Positions 22,721 through 30,400 of a stretch of 32,000 nucleotides of DNA are shown here, one piece after another. Made by a program: the position numbers and the translations under genes. Position 1 is the stretch's first letter; each line of letters starts with the position of its first letter. The notes under the pieces were generated by a model. The model searched no databases, had not been told where the DNA came from, and worked only from the letters and a program-made list of their open reading frames with translations. Source of the stretch: Prevotella phage Lak-C1; sequence record MK250029.1; one strand, written 5' to 3'.

Positions 22721-22728
22721 TATCTTTG
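22721..22728 (+). promoter_or_regulatory. Bacteroidetes-type -7 element TATCTTTG
   Basis: Matches TAnnTTTG, 37 bp upstream of ORF 22766. Confidence 0.6.
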
Positions 22729-22765
22729 AACAGACAAATTAAAGGTATTTACATATAAAAACTAT

Positions 22766-23215
22766 ATGGAAAAAAATTATTGTGAATCTGGACATCCATT
22801 TACAACTGATAGATGTATAGAACGACTTATAACAGAATATAAAAAACATAAGAATCTGATTATTGCATTTGATTTTGATAATACTGTATTTGATTATCAT
22901 AAAGAAGGAAATCAATATGAATATGATGATGTTATTGACTTACTTAAATACTGTTATGATTTAGGTATGACACTTGTATTGTATACATGTGAAGAAAATA
23001 TAGATAAGATAAAATGGAAAATAAATTGGTGTAAAGAATATATGGGATTTACACCACATTATGTAAATAAATCACCTGTTTTAAAACAATCTTATAAGAA
23101 TGGTAAAATATATTATAATATTCTTTTGGATGATCGTGCAGGCTTAAATGAAGCATATTCTATATTAATTAATGTTGTTTCTTATATAGAAAAAGATAAA
23201 GGTTTAATTAAATAA
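22766..23215 (+). CDS. HAD-like hydrolase / 5'-nucleotidase-like
   Basis: LIIAFDFDNTVFD, LVLYTCEE, YYNILLDDRAGL. Confidence 0.75.
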   Translation: MEKNYCESGHPFTTDRCIERLITEYKKHKNLIIAFDFDNTVFDYHKEGNQYEYDDVIDLLKYCYDLGMTLVLYTCEENIDKIKWKINWCKEYMGFTPHYVNKSPVLKQSYKNGKIYYNILLDDRAGLNEAYSILINVVSYIEKDKGLIK

Positions 23216-23227
23216 TTTAGAAAAAGT

Positions 23228-24100
23228 ATGAAAAATATTAATCTTCTTGATAGTTATAATTCAGAAGTGAAGTATGAACTTACTACATTTCCGGATGGTG
23301 AACCACATATTAAGTTCCTTGAAGATATTGATCGAAAGGATTCTTATAATGTAGTATGTAGAATTACAAATCCTACAGAATTGTTTGTAGTTATGCAGGT
23401 TGGACATATTTTGAAGCGACAAGGTGTATTGTTTAATCTCACTATTTTGTATCTTATGTCTATGCGAATGGATAGAGTTATTAATTTCAATGAGGCATTT
23501 ACGTTGGAAATTGTTGCAAATATGATTAACAGTTTCGATGCTGAGCATGTGTACATTTTTGAAGCACATTCTGACCGTACATTTAAATTGATTAAGAATT
23601 CAGAACCTTATTATGCACTTAATATGAATAGTGATTATAATAAGATGCGTGAAGATTTGTATGAATCTGAGAATTCTGTTATTTGTTATCCAGATCATGG
23701 AGCATATGAGCGTTACAGTAAGGATTTTTATCCTACATCTGCATATCTTTGTATGAATAAGGTTCGTGACCTTGATAATAAGGGTGTTATCAAGTCTATG
23801 GAAATTTCTGAAATTCATCTTCCACTTATGACTGAAGATGAAGTAAAGCAGATTACCATTATTGATGATTTGTGTGATGGTGGTGGCACTTTCTGTTGGG
23901 CTGCTAACATTCTTCGTGAACGATTTGGGAAGGATGTAAAGCTTAATATTTTTATTAAGCATCTTGTAAATCCTGTAGGTCTTGAGAAACTTATCAATTC
24001 ATTTGATAATGTTTATATTACTGATTCTTACAAAGATTGGGAATCTAAAGTAATTATTTTAAATGCACAAAAGAAAGTACATATTATTCATTTAACATAA
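23228..24100 (+). CDS. Ribose-phosphate pyrophosphokinase-like protein
   Basis: FPDGEPHIKF near N-terminus, YLMSMRMDRV, PRPP-binding loop ITIIDDLCDGGGTF. Confidence 0.85.
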   Translation: MKNINLLDSYNSEVKYELTTFPDGEPHIKFLEDIDRKDSYNVVCRITNPTELFVVMQVGHILKRQGVLFNLTILYLMSMRMDRVINFNEAFTLEIVANMINSFDAEHVYIFEAHSDRTFKLIKNSEPYYALNMNSDYNKMREDLYESENSVICYPDHGAYERYSKDFYPTSAYLCMNKVRDLDNKGVIKSMEISEIHLPLMTEDEVKQITIIDDLCDGGGTFCWAANILRERFGKDVKLNIFIKHLVNPVGLEKLINSFDNVYITDSYKDWESKVIILNAQKKVHIIHLT

Positions 24101-24112
24101 TTTAAATTTTAT

Positions 24113-24158
24113 TGTCTGAATAATTTTATTATAAAGTTGTTCAGACTTTTTTATTTTT
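24113..24158. terminator. Intrinsic terminator
   Basis: GTCTGAA...TTCAGAC + T tract. Confidence 0.75.
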
Positions 24159-24199
24159 TATTATATAACAATATATATATAACGAAAAAATTATTATAC

Positions 24200-24796
24200 A
24201 TGGAAAAGAATTTTAATAACGAAATTGATGAGATGGATGATGTTTTGAATCCAGATGAAATAATTGATGATACTAGTTCAGATATTAATGAGGACGATAT
24301 TGTCACAGATGAGGATGATAATGAATATGTATCAAAGGAGTATGCAGATAAACTTATTTCAGAATTGAAAACAACAAAAGAAGATGCTGATACATGGAAG
24401 AATAAGTATATGTATGCATTATCTGATTTTGAAACATATAAGAGAAATTCGCAGAAGGATAAGCAGAATATTTTGAAATATGGTAATGAAAAAGTAATTA
24501 AGGATATTCTACCTATTATCGATGATTTTGATAGAGCATTTATGCATATGGATGCCGAAACAAAAGATGGTGTTATGCTTATCTATAAGAATTTTATTTC
24601 TGTATTAGAGAAACATGACGTTACTATTATTCCAGCAGAACCAGGTGATAAATTTAATGAGAATATTCATGAAGCAATTTCTGTGGTTCCTGCTATGGAA
24701 GATGAGCAGAAAGGCACAATTGCAGATTGTGTAACAAAGGGATATATGTTACTTGATAAAGTTATCAGATATTCTAAAGTAATTGTATTTAATTAA
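24200..24796 (+). CDS. grpE: GrpE nucleotide exchange factor / Hsp70 co-chaperone
   Basis: Acidic N-terminus, YALSDFETYKRNSQKDKQNI, ILPIIDDFDRAF, PGDKFNENIHEAISVVPAMEDEQKGTIADCVTKGYMLLDKVIRYSKVIV. Confidence 0.92.
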   Translation: MEKNFNNEIDEMDDVLNPDEIIDDTSSDINEDDIVTDEDDNEYVSKEYADKLISELKTTKEDADTWKNKYMYALSDFETYKRNSQKDKQNILKYGNEKVIKDILPIIDDFDRAFMHMDAETKDGVMLIYKNFISVLEKHDVTIIPAEPGDKFNENIHEAISVVPAMEDEQKGTIADCVTKGYMLLDKVIRYSKVIVFN

Positions 24797-25044
24797 AATA
24801 GAATATCATAATTATAGTTATATGAAGTATTAAATATATCATCAATATTTAATTGTTGAAATTGCTTCTACTATATACTCATATCAAAATCAAATCTATT
24901 TTCAGATTTATTATATTTTGCTATTGTTTTATCAAAATCAAATTGATTATCAGTATCAAATATTGATCTGAGTGTATAGTTTTTACCATTATGACGTAAA
25001 GTTTTAACAAATTCTCTATTAGTTGGATATTTTCTATTCATATT
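24793..25044 (-). CDS. Small hypothetical protein (code 15)
   Basis: MNRKYPTNREFVKTLRHNGKNYTLRSIFDTDNQFDFDKTI...; includes TAG codons; overlaps the grpE stop tail-to-tail. Confidence 0.5.
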
Positions 25045-25131
25045 AATTATATATTAATTATAATATATTTATTTTAATGTTAATGAATATTAAAATATAT
25101 ATGATTATTTTTATTATTGAAAATATATATG

Positions 25132-25139
25132 TATCTTTG
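25132..25139 (+). promoter_or_regulatory. Bacteroidetes-type -7 element TATCTTTG
   Basis: Matches TAnnTTTG, 37 bp upstream of ATG 25177. Confidence 0.6.
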
Positions 25140-25176
25140 TATCATAATTAATAAAATAGAATTAAAATATATAATT

Positions 25177-25707
25177 ATGGCAGAAATTACAGTAAAGACA
25201 ATTAATTGGTTTGATATTAAGGATGATGTAAAAATCATTAAGGAAAATAAAGCATCAAATCGTATTAATAACCGTAAAGTGTTAATGCATCATAAGAATA
25301 ATATTAATACACTAGATGGTTCTATTAATGTAAATCATGCAATTTGCAAGAAGGTTACTGCAAAGAATATTGAACCATTTGAAGGTATACTTGTATATAA
25401 TCCAAATGATAGAGTAAAATATCATTGTGATGGCGGACTTTTTAATGGTAAGACTATTTGTGTAAAGTGTCGTTCTGATGCATATAATTTTGGAGGTAAT
25501 TTTACATTTACAGAAGATGATTTATCTGCAGATATGATTGCTGTATATTACTATGATCCAGATACTAATCTTGGTCATTGGTTCCTTTGTGATAGAAGTC
25601 GTTTGAGAAAGAATAAGATGAGGAAGTCACAAAGTATTTATATTTGTCATCAGGATTATATTAAGGATCATGCTTGGTGTGAATATACAGTAACGTTTGA
25701 TAGATAA
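25177..25707 (+). CDS. Hypothetical phage protein
   Basis: MAEITVKTINWFDIKDDVKIIKENKASN...; start placed after the promoter motif. Confidence 0.75.
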   Translation: MAEITVKTINWFDIKDDVKIIKENKASNRINNRKVLMHHKNNINTLDGSINVNHAICKKVTAKNIEPFEGILVYNPNDRVKYHCDGGLFNGKTICVKCRSDAYNFGGNFTFTEDDLSADMIAVYYYDPDTNLGHWFLCDRSRLRKNKMRKSQSIYICHQDYIKDHAWCEYTVTFDR

Positions 25708-25803
25708 TTTAAATTTTTTGAAAAAAAGTTCTCAAAATTACAGACTTTTGAAAAAAATTTAGATATATATAATATATAGTAAAATAAAATAAGTAAAGAG
25801 ATT

Positions 25804-25932
25804 ATGAAAACTTTAAATATGACATATGGTATGCATCCTGTTTGTGGTATGGTTCACATGTTCCCATGTGGAGGTGGTCGACCTATGTCTATACTTGAGT
25901 GTTTAAAGTTTTCTTGTATGTTGCAATCATAA
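25804..25932 (+). CDS. Small Cys/Met-rich peptide
   Basis: MKTLNMTYGMHPVCGMVHMFPCGGGRPMSILECLKFSCMLQS. Confidence 0.35.
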   Translation: MKTLNMTYGMHPVCGMVHMFPCGGGRPMSILECLKFSCMLQS

Positions 25933-25960
25933 CCGGTTAACTCAACATATATACAAATTT

Positions 25961-26008
25961 AACCTCAAGTAGAATTTTGATCAATTTTCTACTTGAGGTT
26001 TTTCTTTT
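25961..26008. terminator. Intrinsic terminator immediately upstream of tRNA-His
   Basis: AACCTCAAGTAGAA / TTCTACTTGAGGTT + T-rich tail. Confidence 0.85.
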
Positions 26009-26011
26009 TAT

Positions 26012-26084
26012 GGTCCGTCTGGTGTAATTGGTAACATGGCAGATTGTGGTTCTGCAGTACAGGGTTCGAGCCCCTAACGTGACC
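26012..26084 (+). tRNA. tRNA-His(GTG), irregular acceptor stem
   Basis: Anticodon arm GCAGA-TTGTGGT-TCTGC, T arm AGGG-TTCGAGC-CCCT, G-1/C73-type end; acceptor needs a bulged T at 26080. Confidence 0.75.
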
Positions 26085-26153
26085 CAATTTAATTTTTAAG
26101 TAAACTATTAATATAGTTCTTAATATAATTATAAGAATATTTTATATTAATAT

Positions 26154-27154
26154 ATGGAAATTAAATAGTTTACAGATGATGCATTAAAACATGTATTTGA
26201 AATATGTACATCAACAATGAATATATTGGAATTATTAGGTTATGAACCATATAAAATAAGAGGATAGAAATGTAAAGAAATATTAAAAATATATGCTAAT
26301 TAGATTGGTGTCAATATAGAAGATTATAAATCAAATAATATAAAATTTAGGATATATAATGAATTACATCCTGTATGTAAAACATGTGGTAAGGACTTAA
26401 CATATTTTCAATATAAGCAAAAATAGGAATTTTGTTGTTCATCATGTGCAGCAACTTATAATAATAAACATAGGATATTATCAAAAAATATACTTAAAAA
26501 ATTTTCATAGGAACAAAACATAGAAGAACTATAGTCCAGAAAACGAAATTATGTATTAAATACAGAGTTAATTAAACAAGGTAAAATCTTAAATGATAAA
26601 AATATTACATATAAAGAACATTATATAGATATAACCAAACTTGGCGTACATATATGTCAAGTATGCGGAAATACATTTATACCTTCAATTACAGTAAAGG
26701 GAAATATATCTAAGTCTACTACATGTTCTGATATATGTCATAAATAGTTAGTAAGTGAAAAATCAAAATAGGCACTTTAGAAACTTATTAATGACGGTCG
26801 GCATAAAGGCTGGATGTCTAGAAATATTACAAGTTATCCAGAAAATTTTTGGATTAATGTATTAAATAATAATCATATAGTTTTTACACGTGAATTTAAA
26901 GTAAAAAAACGTTGTGGATATTATTATTTCTTGGATTTTTTATAGAGCATAATGGATATAAAATTGATTTAGAAATAGATGGACAACAACATAAGTATAG
27001 GAAAGAACATGATATTAAGAGAGATGAATATCTTACATCATTAAATTATATCGTTTATAGGATTGAGTGGAATACTATAAATACGGAAAATGGAAAATTA
27101 TTGATGAAAGAAAAAATTGATAATTTTTTAAATTGGTTTAATAATTTAGAGTAA
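26154..27154 (+). CDS. Zinc-finger/Vsr-like homing endonuclease (code 15) with -1 frameshift or frame disruption at 26936-26942
   Basis: MEIKQFTDDALKHVFEIC..CKTCGKDLTF..CCSSC..CQVCGNTFIP..YYYFLDF, continuing in the -1 frame as IEHNGYKIDLEIDGQQHKYRKEHDIKRDEYL...YIVYRIEWN. Confidence 0.75.
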
Positions 27155-27170
27155 AATTATTAAATTATAT

Positions 27171-27244
27171 ATGGTAGTAGTTCAATTGGTAGAATGCTAG
27201 TTTTGGGAACTAGTGGTTTGCGGGATCGTGCCCCGCCTACCATA
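27171..27244 (+). tRNA. tRNA-Pro(TGG)
   Basis: Acceptor ATGGTAG/CTACCAT, anticodon arm CTAGT-TTTGGGA-ACTAG, T stem GCGGG/CCCGC. Confidence 0.85.
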
Positions 27245-27254
27245 CAGAATCGAT

Positions 27255-27315
27255 AAATCTGATATTATCCTTACGTAATTAATCAGATTTAAAACTTTAG
27301 ATAGTAAGGTATCTA
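27255..27315 (+). ncRNA. Kissing-hairpin element
   Basis: Hairpin 1 AAATCTGAT/ATCAGATTT with CCTTAC in its loop; hairpin 2 TAGATA/TATCTA whose 6-nt loop is GTAAGG. Confidence 0.45.
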
Positions 27316-27362
27316 TATAATGGAAGTTCACGCCTAAGGGAAGATTTATACATTATAATTTT

Positions 27363-27437
27363 ACTCTGTTAGCTCAATTGGATTAGAGTAATTCGCTACG
27401 AACGAATAGGTTAGGAGTTCGATTCTCTTACAGAGTA
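27363..27437 (+). tRNA. tRNA-Arg(ACG)
   Basis: Acceptor ACTCTGT/ACAGAGT, anticodon arm ATTCG-CTACGAA-CGAAT, T loop TTCGATT. Confidence 0.92.
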
Positions 27438-27446
27438 CAAACATAT

Positions 27447-27519
27447 ATCTCTATAGTTTAAGTGAATAAAATAGGATTTTCCTAAATTCCAGTTACTGGT
27501 TTGATTCCAGTTAGAGATA
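27447..27519 (+). tRNA. tRNA-Arg(CCT)
   Basis: Acceptor ATCTCTA/TAGAGAT, anticodon loop TTCCTAA with stem GGATT/ATTCC (one mismatch), T stem ACTGG/CCAGT. Confidence 0.75.
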
Positions 27520-28062
27520 CATTAATTATTTTGATAAAAAATAAGAGAAATATATAGACTTTTATTTAATTTCAACATATACATTATGTTAATTGAATGA
27601 ACAGTTAATAATTAATAATAAAAATACTATTAAAATGTGGGGTTTTGAGTGCCCATCATTTAAAGAGTTTCGAGAAGAAGACATTGTATGTAAAAGCATT
27701 AAGTTTCATTTAGCTGATGAAATGTAGTCAAGCGTGATGGTATCGATGTACATGGGTCCATCCGTATAACTTCGGGGAATCATAAGCATTAATCTTGGAG
27801 AGTACAGTTTTTAGTCTGAAATGACGAATTTTCCTACTGGTTGCTCAATATGATATTAAGAGTCGGAGATAATTATTTGTAAGTTCCACAATTACAAGAG
27901 GAAAATGGAATTAAGTTGTCGGAATAACGTGATTATTCTATGTGCGAGTAAGAGAATGAAAGTAGCATTATATGTATGGTGTACGTATGCATATAGAAAC
28001 AAAGCAAATAATAACCCTTAGAGAATTTGCCGAGAAAAGGACATTAATAGTATTTATAATTT

Positions 28063-28221
28063 GCGGGTATAGCACAATGGTTAGTGTGTCGGTCTTCCAT
28101 ACAAGAATAAACTTGTAAAATTAAACTATATGCTAATAATAAATGTGGTATTATAAAATAAGAGTTCGAATCTCTTGCATATAGCAAACCGAAAATGTCG
28201 GTTCGATTCCGATTACCCGCT
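28063..28221 (+). tRNA. tRNA-Gly(TCC) interrupted by an ~87-nt anticodon-loop insertion
   Basis: Acceptor GCGGGTA/TACCCGC, anticodon stem TCGGT/ACCGA, loop CTTCCA[insert]A, T arm ...GG-TTCGATT-CC... Confidence 0.85.
28100..28186 (+). mobile_element. tRNA intron-like insert with nested tRNA-like fold
   Basis: Hairpin TACAAG/CTTGTA; 8-bp stem CTATATGC/GCATATAG enclosing ATAAT/ATTAT hairpin and T arm AAGAG-TTCGAAT-CTCTT. Boundary ambiguous by 1 nt. Confidence 0.6.
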
Positions 28222-28663
28222 CAAAGATAAAATTAGGTATACATAGTTTTGTATCGAAGCTTTATATTACCATTAGTTGTAATATTCAAATCGTTCGTTG
28301 ACATGGTTATTCCGTGATGTTAGTAGTAAGTTATAATTAATTTATAGCAAACGGAATATTAATAAAAACGTACTCGGCGTTTAAGTTGAATGTACCACGC
28401 TGCCCGTATGGTAGATATTTAATTAAGCATTTAATTAAGTTGAAACATATGTTTAAAAAACTTATGGTACCACGAGTGTTTTCTACGTTGTTTCACTCAT
28501 TTTTTTGATATAATAATATATGAGAGTCATAACAGCAAATTTAGTTCTATTGTTTATTGGGATAACATAAGACTCTTGAATCAATTATATTAGGGGAGAT
28601 ATTACAGCAAATTATTATTTAGGATCATACTTTTAATATGAAATTCTTGTCTCCTGTTTATTT

Positions 28664-28743
28664 GGGTAAATGCCTGAGTGGTCGAAGGGAATGATCTGCA
28701 AAATCATTATTATACGTCGTGTGTTCGAATCACACTTTACCCT
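28664..28743 (+). tRNA. tRNA with GCA (Cys) anticodon on a class II-like body
   Basis: Acceptor GGGTAAA/TTTACCC, anticodon arm ATGAT-CTGCAAA-ATCAT, 11-nt variable region, T stem GTGTG/CACAC. Confidence 0.85.
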
Positions 28744-29070
28744 CTAATATAAAATATTTCCGTGGTATACAGCACGTAAAAAGAGGTTGACTTGTATATT
28801 CTATAGACCTACTGTATAATAATATATATGATGTACATGTGAAACACCATGTTCTATTAAGAGTTCATTAACTGAGGTTAATTTTGAATTGCACTGATAT
28901 TAGATGCATAATATATAATGAATATAACGACGGTACTGTGAAATGACTATTATTTTTAGTTGCTTGGAAACGGCGTACGAAGTTTTTATAATAGTGGAAG
29001 TAATGATAAAACAGTTAAATGTAAATCTTTCTGAGACAATGGGGACAACTTGTAGTAAGAGAGTATTTTT

Positions 29071-29174
29071 GTTGATATAGTTTAATGGGAAAACACCCAA
29101 ATCCCAGGGATAAGAGATAATACTTTGAAATAGGTATTAGAAGATTTTAGATGGTTCGATTCCATTTATCAACT
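29071..29174 (+). tRNA. tRNA scaffold with an insertion between D and T arms; anticodon not assigned
   Basis: Acceptor GTTGATA/TATCAAC, D arm GTTT/AAAC, T arm GATGG-TTCGATT-CCATT; 55 nt separates D and T arms instead of about 22. Confidence 0.65.
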
Positions 29175-29183
29175 CAAATTAAT

Positions 29184-29305
29184 GAAGTGTGTAGTTTAAT
29201 TGGTAAAATATCCTTTGAATAGGACTGTGCGCAGATAGAACATAATGTTAGTCATATTAATCGCATTATTGATAATGATGTTGGTTCGATTCCAACGACA
29301 CTTCC
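29184..29305 (+). tRNA. tRNA scaffold with ~50-nt insertion; anticodon ambiguous (TTG or GAA)
   Basis: Acceptor GAAGTGT/ACACTTC, D arm GTTT..AAAA, T arm GTTGG-TTCGATT-CCAAC; CTTTGAA anticodon-loop-like sequence and TATC/GATA stem around the insert. Confidence 0.65.
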
Positions 29306-29590
29306 TAATAAATAAAAAGATCTCGGTAATTAGATAAAACATTATATGAGTGAAGCAACTCACCATAACTGCAGATAAATGAGTGAGGGACATAAGAGTG
29401 TATGAAGAAAGATGGACTATGGACACCACCATATAATTGCGTTTTCAATAATAGTAAAGTAAACTTTAGTATAAGTTCCATTAACGCTAAAATAGAAACA
29501 TTGTTATTGAAGTCTACTATGCGTGCGATGGTTTAATGAAACCATTGTAGTTCTAAGGCATTGTAAAACGTTTTATTTATTAATTTTTAT

Positions 29591-29664
29591 GGCGAGATAG
29601 CTTAGTTGGTCAGAGCGCAGGATTCATATCCCTGAGGTCGTGTGTTCAAATCACACTTTCGCTA
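29591..29664 (+). tRNA. tRNA(CAT) (Met or Ile2)
   Basis: Acceptor GGCGAGA/TTTCGCT (with G-U pairs), anticodon loop TTCATAT, T arm GTGTG-TTCAAAT-CACAC. Confidence 0.88.
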
Positions 29665-29691
29665 CTATTATTTTTTGATTGTTTATTTTTA

Positions 29692-29730
29692 TAAGAGGTA
29701 TATCATTTTTTGGTATATCTCTTTTTTATT
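29692..29730. terminator. Intrinsic terminator
   Basis: AAGAGGTATATCA / TGGTATATCTCTT + T tract. Confidence 0.8.
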
Positions 29731-29744
29731 TAGGAAATAATGTG

Positions 29745-29752
29745 TATCTTTG
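29745..29752 (+). promoter_or_regulatory. Bacteroidetes-type -7 element TATCTTTG
   Basis: Matches TAnnTTTG, 27 bp upstream of ORF 29780. Confidence 0.6.
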
Positions 29753-29779
29753 AATTGTTATTAATAAAATAGTAATACA

Positions 29780-30259
29780 ATGAAGAAATATAAAGTATAT
29801 CAATTTCGTAGAGAAAACGAAAATATAATTGATGATTATCATGAATCATATGATGCAAGAATGAAAGTTATTGCAGAATATGAGATTTCATCTGATAGAA
29901 ATGATCCTGTTATTATATCAGAAGATATATGGCATATGTGTAATGTTCATTGTTGGGATCATACATGGTCTGATGGACAAGTTGTTAAACGAGATGATAT
30001 TACATTAACACCTACATCTGATTTTGATGGATTTGTTAATAGTGATATTGTAGTTGAAACTTCAGATGGATTATATCTAGCAGAATCATGTGGATTTATG
30101 AAGGTGAATTCATTGAATTATGCTATGCATAGAATTACTGTAAGATTTCCATTTATCTCTTATTATGATATAAGAAATAAAGAGGATTTTAATGAAGATT
30201 TACTTCGTGATATTCGTAATGAAATTCAGAAAGAATATCAGAAGAGAATTGAAGAGTAA
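29780..30259 (+). CDS. Hypothetical protein
   Basis: 159-aa ORF without TAG codons. Confidence 0.75.
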   Translation: MKKYKVYQFRRENENIIDDYHESYDARMKVIAEYEISSDRNDPVIISEDIWHMCNVHCWDHTWSDGQVVKRDDITLTPTSDFDGFVNSDIVVETSDGLYLAESCGFMKVNSLNYAMHRITVRFPFISYYDIRNKEDFNEDLLRDIRNEIQKEYQKRIEE

Positions 30260-30347
30260 TAATAAACAATAGATATTGTTGGCAACATAGAAAATAATTT
30301 TTTGAAATTTTTTCCTAGAATATTTTTTTATTTGGAATAAAACATGT

Positions 30348-30355
30348 ATCTTTGT
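30348..30355 (+). promoter_or_regulatory. Bacteroidetes-type -7 element TATCTTTG
   Basis: Matches TAnnTTTG, 45 bp upstream of ORF 30401. Confidence 0.6.
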
Positions 30356-30400
30356 AATGTAAATAATAAACAAATAATAAACAATTAAAAAATAAAGATT

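Noticed and set aside
25934-25953. Partial match (about 16/20) between the sequence following the solo RNA module (GGTTAACTTCACATATATTA) and GGTTAACTCAACATATATAC
   Set aside because: With such AT-rich sequence a 16/20 match is expected by chance in a window this size, so it is not usable as a guide-target claim.
27740-27930. Weak resemblance of GTATAACTTCGGGGAA and GTAAGTTCC segments to 23S rRNA
   Set aside because: Matches are short and discontinuous and the order of conserved blocks does not hold up.
27630-28060. tmRNA, RNase P RNA, or group I/II intron
   Set aside because: No tRNA-like domain ends, no tag reading frame, no RNase P conserved regions, and no P7 or domain V consensus could be found by eye. 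A covariance search would be decisive.
27171-29664. Suppressor tRNA with CTA anticodon expected for TAG=Gln
   Set aside because: None of the tRNAs identified here has a CTA anticodon in a proper loop; it may be elsewhere in the genome, or host derived.
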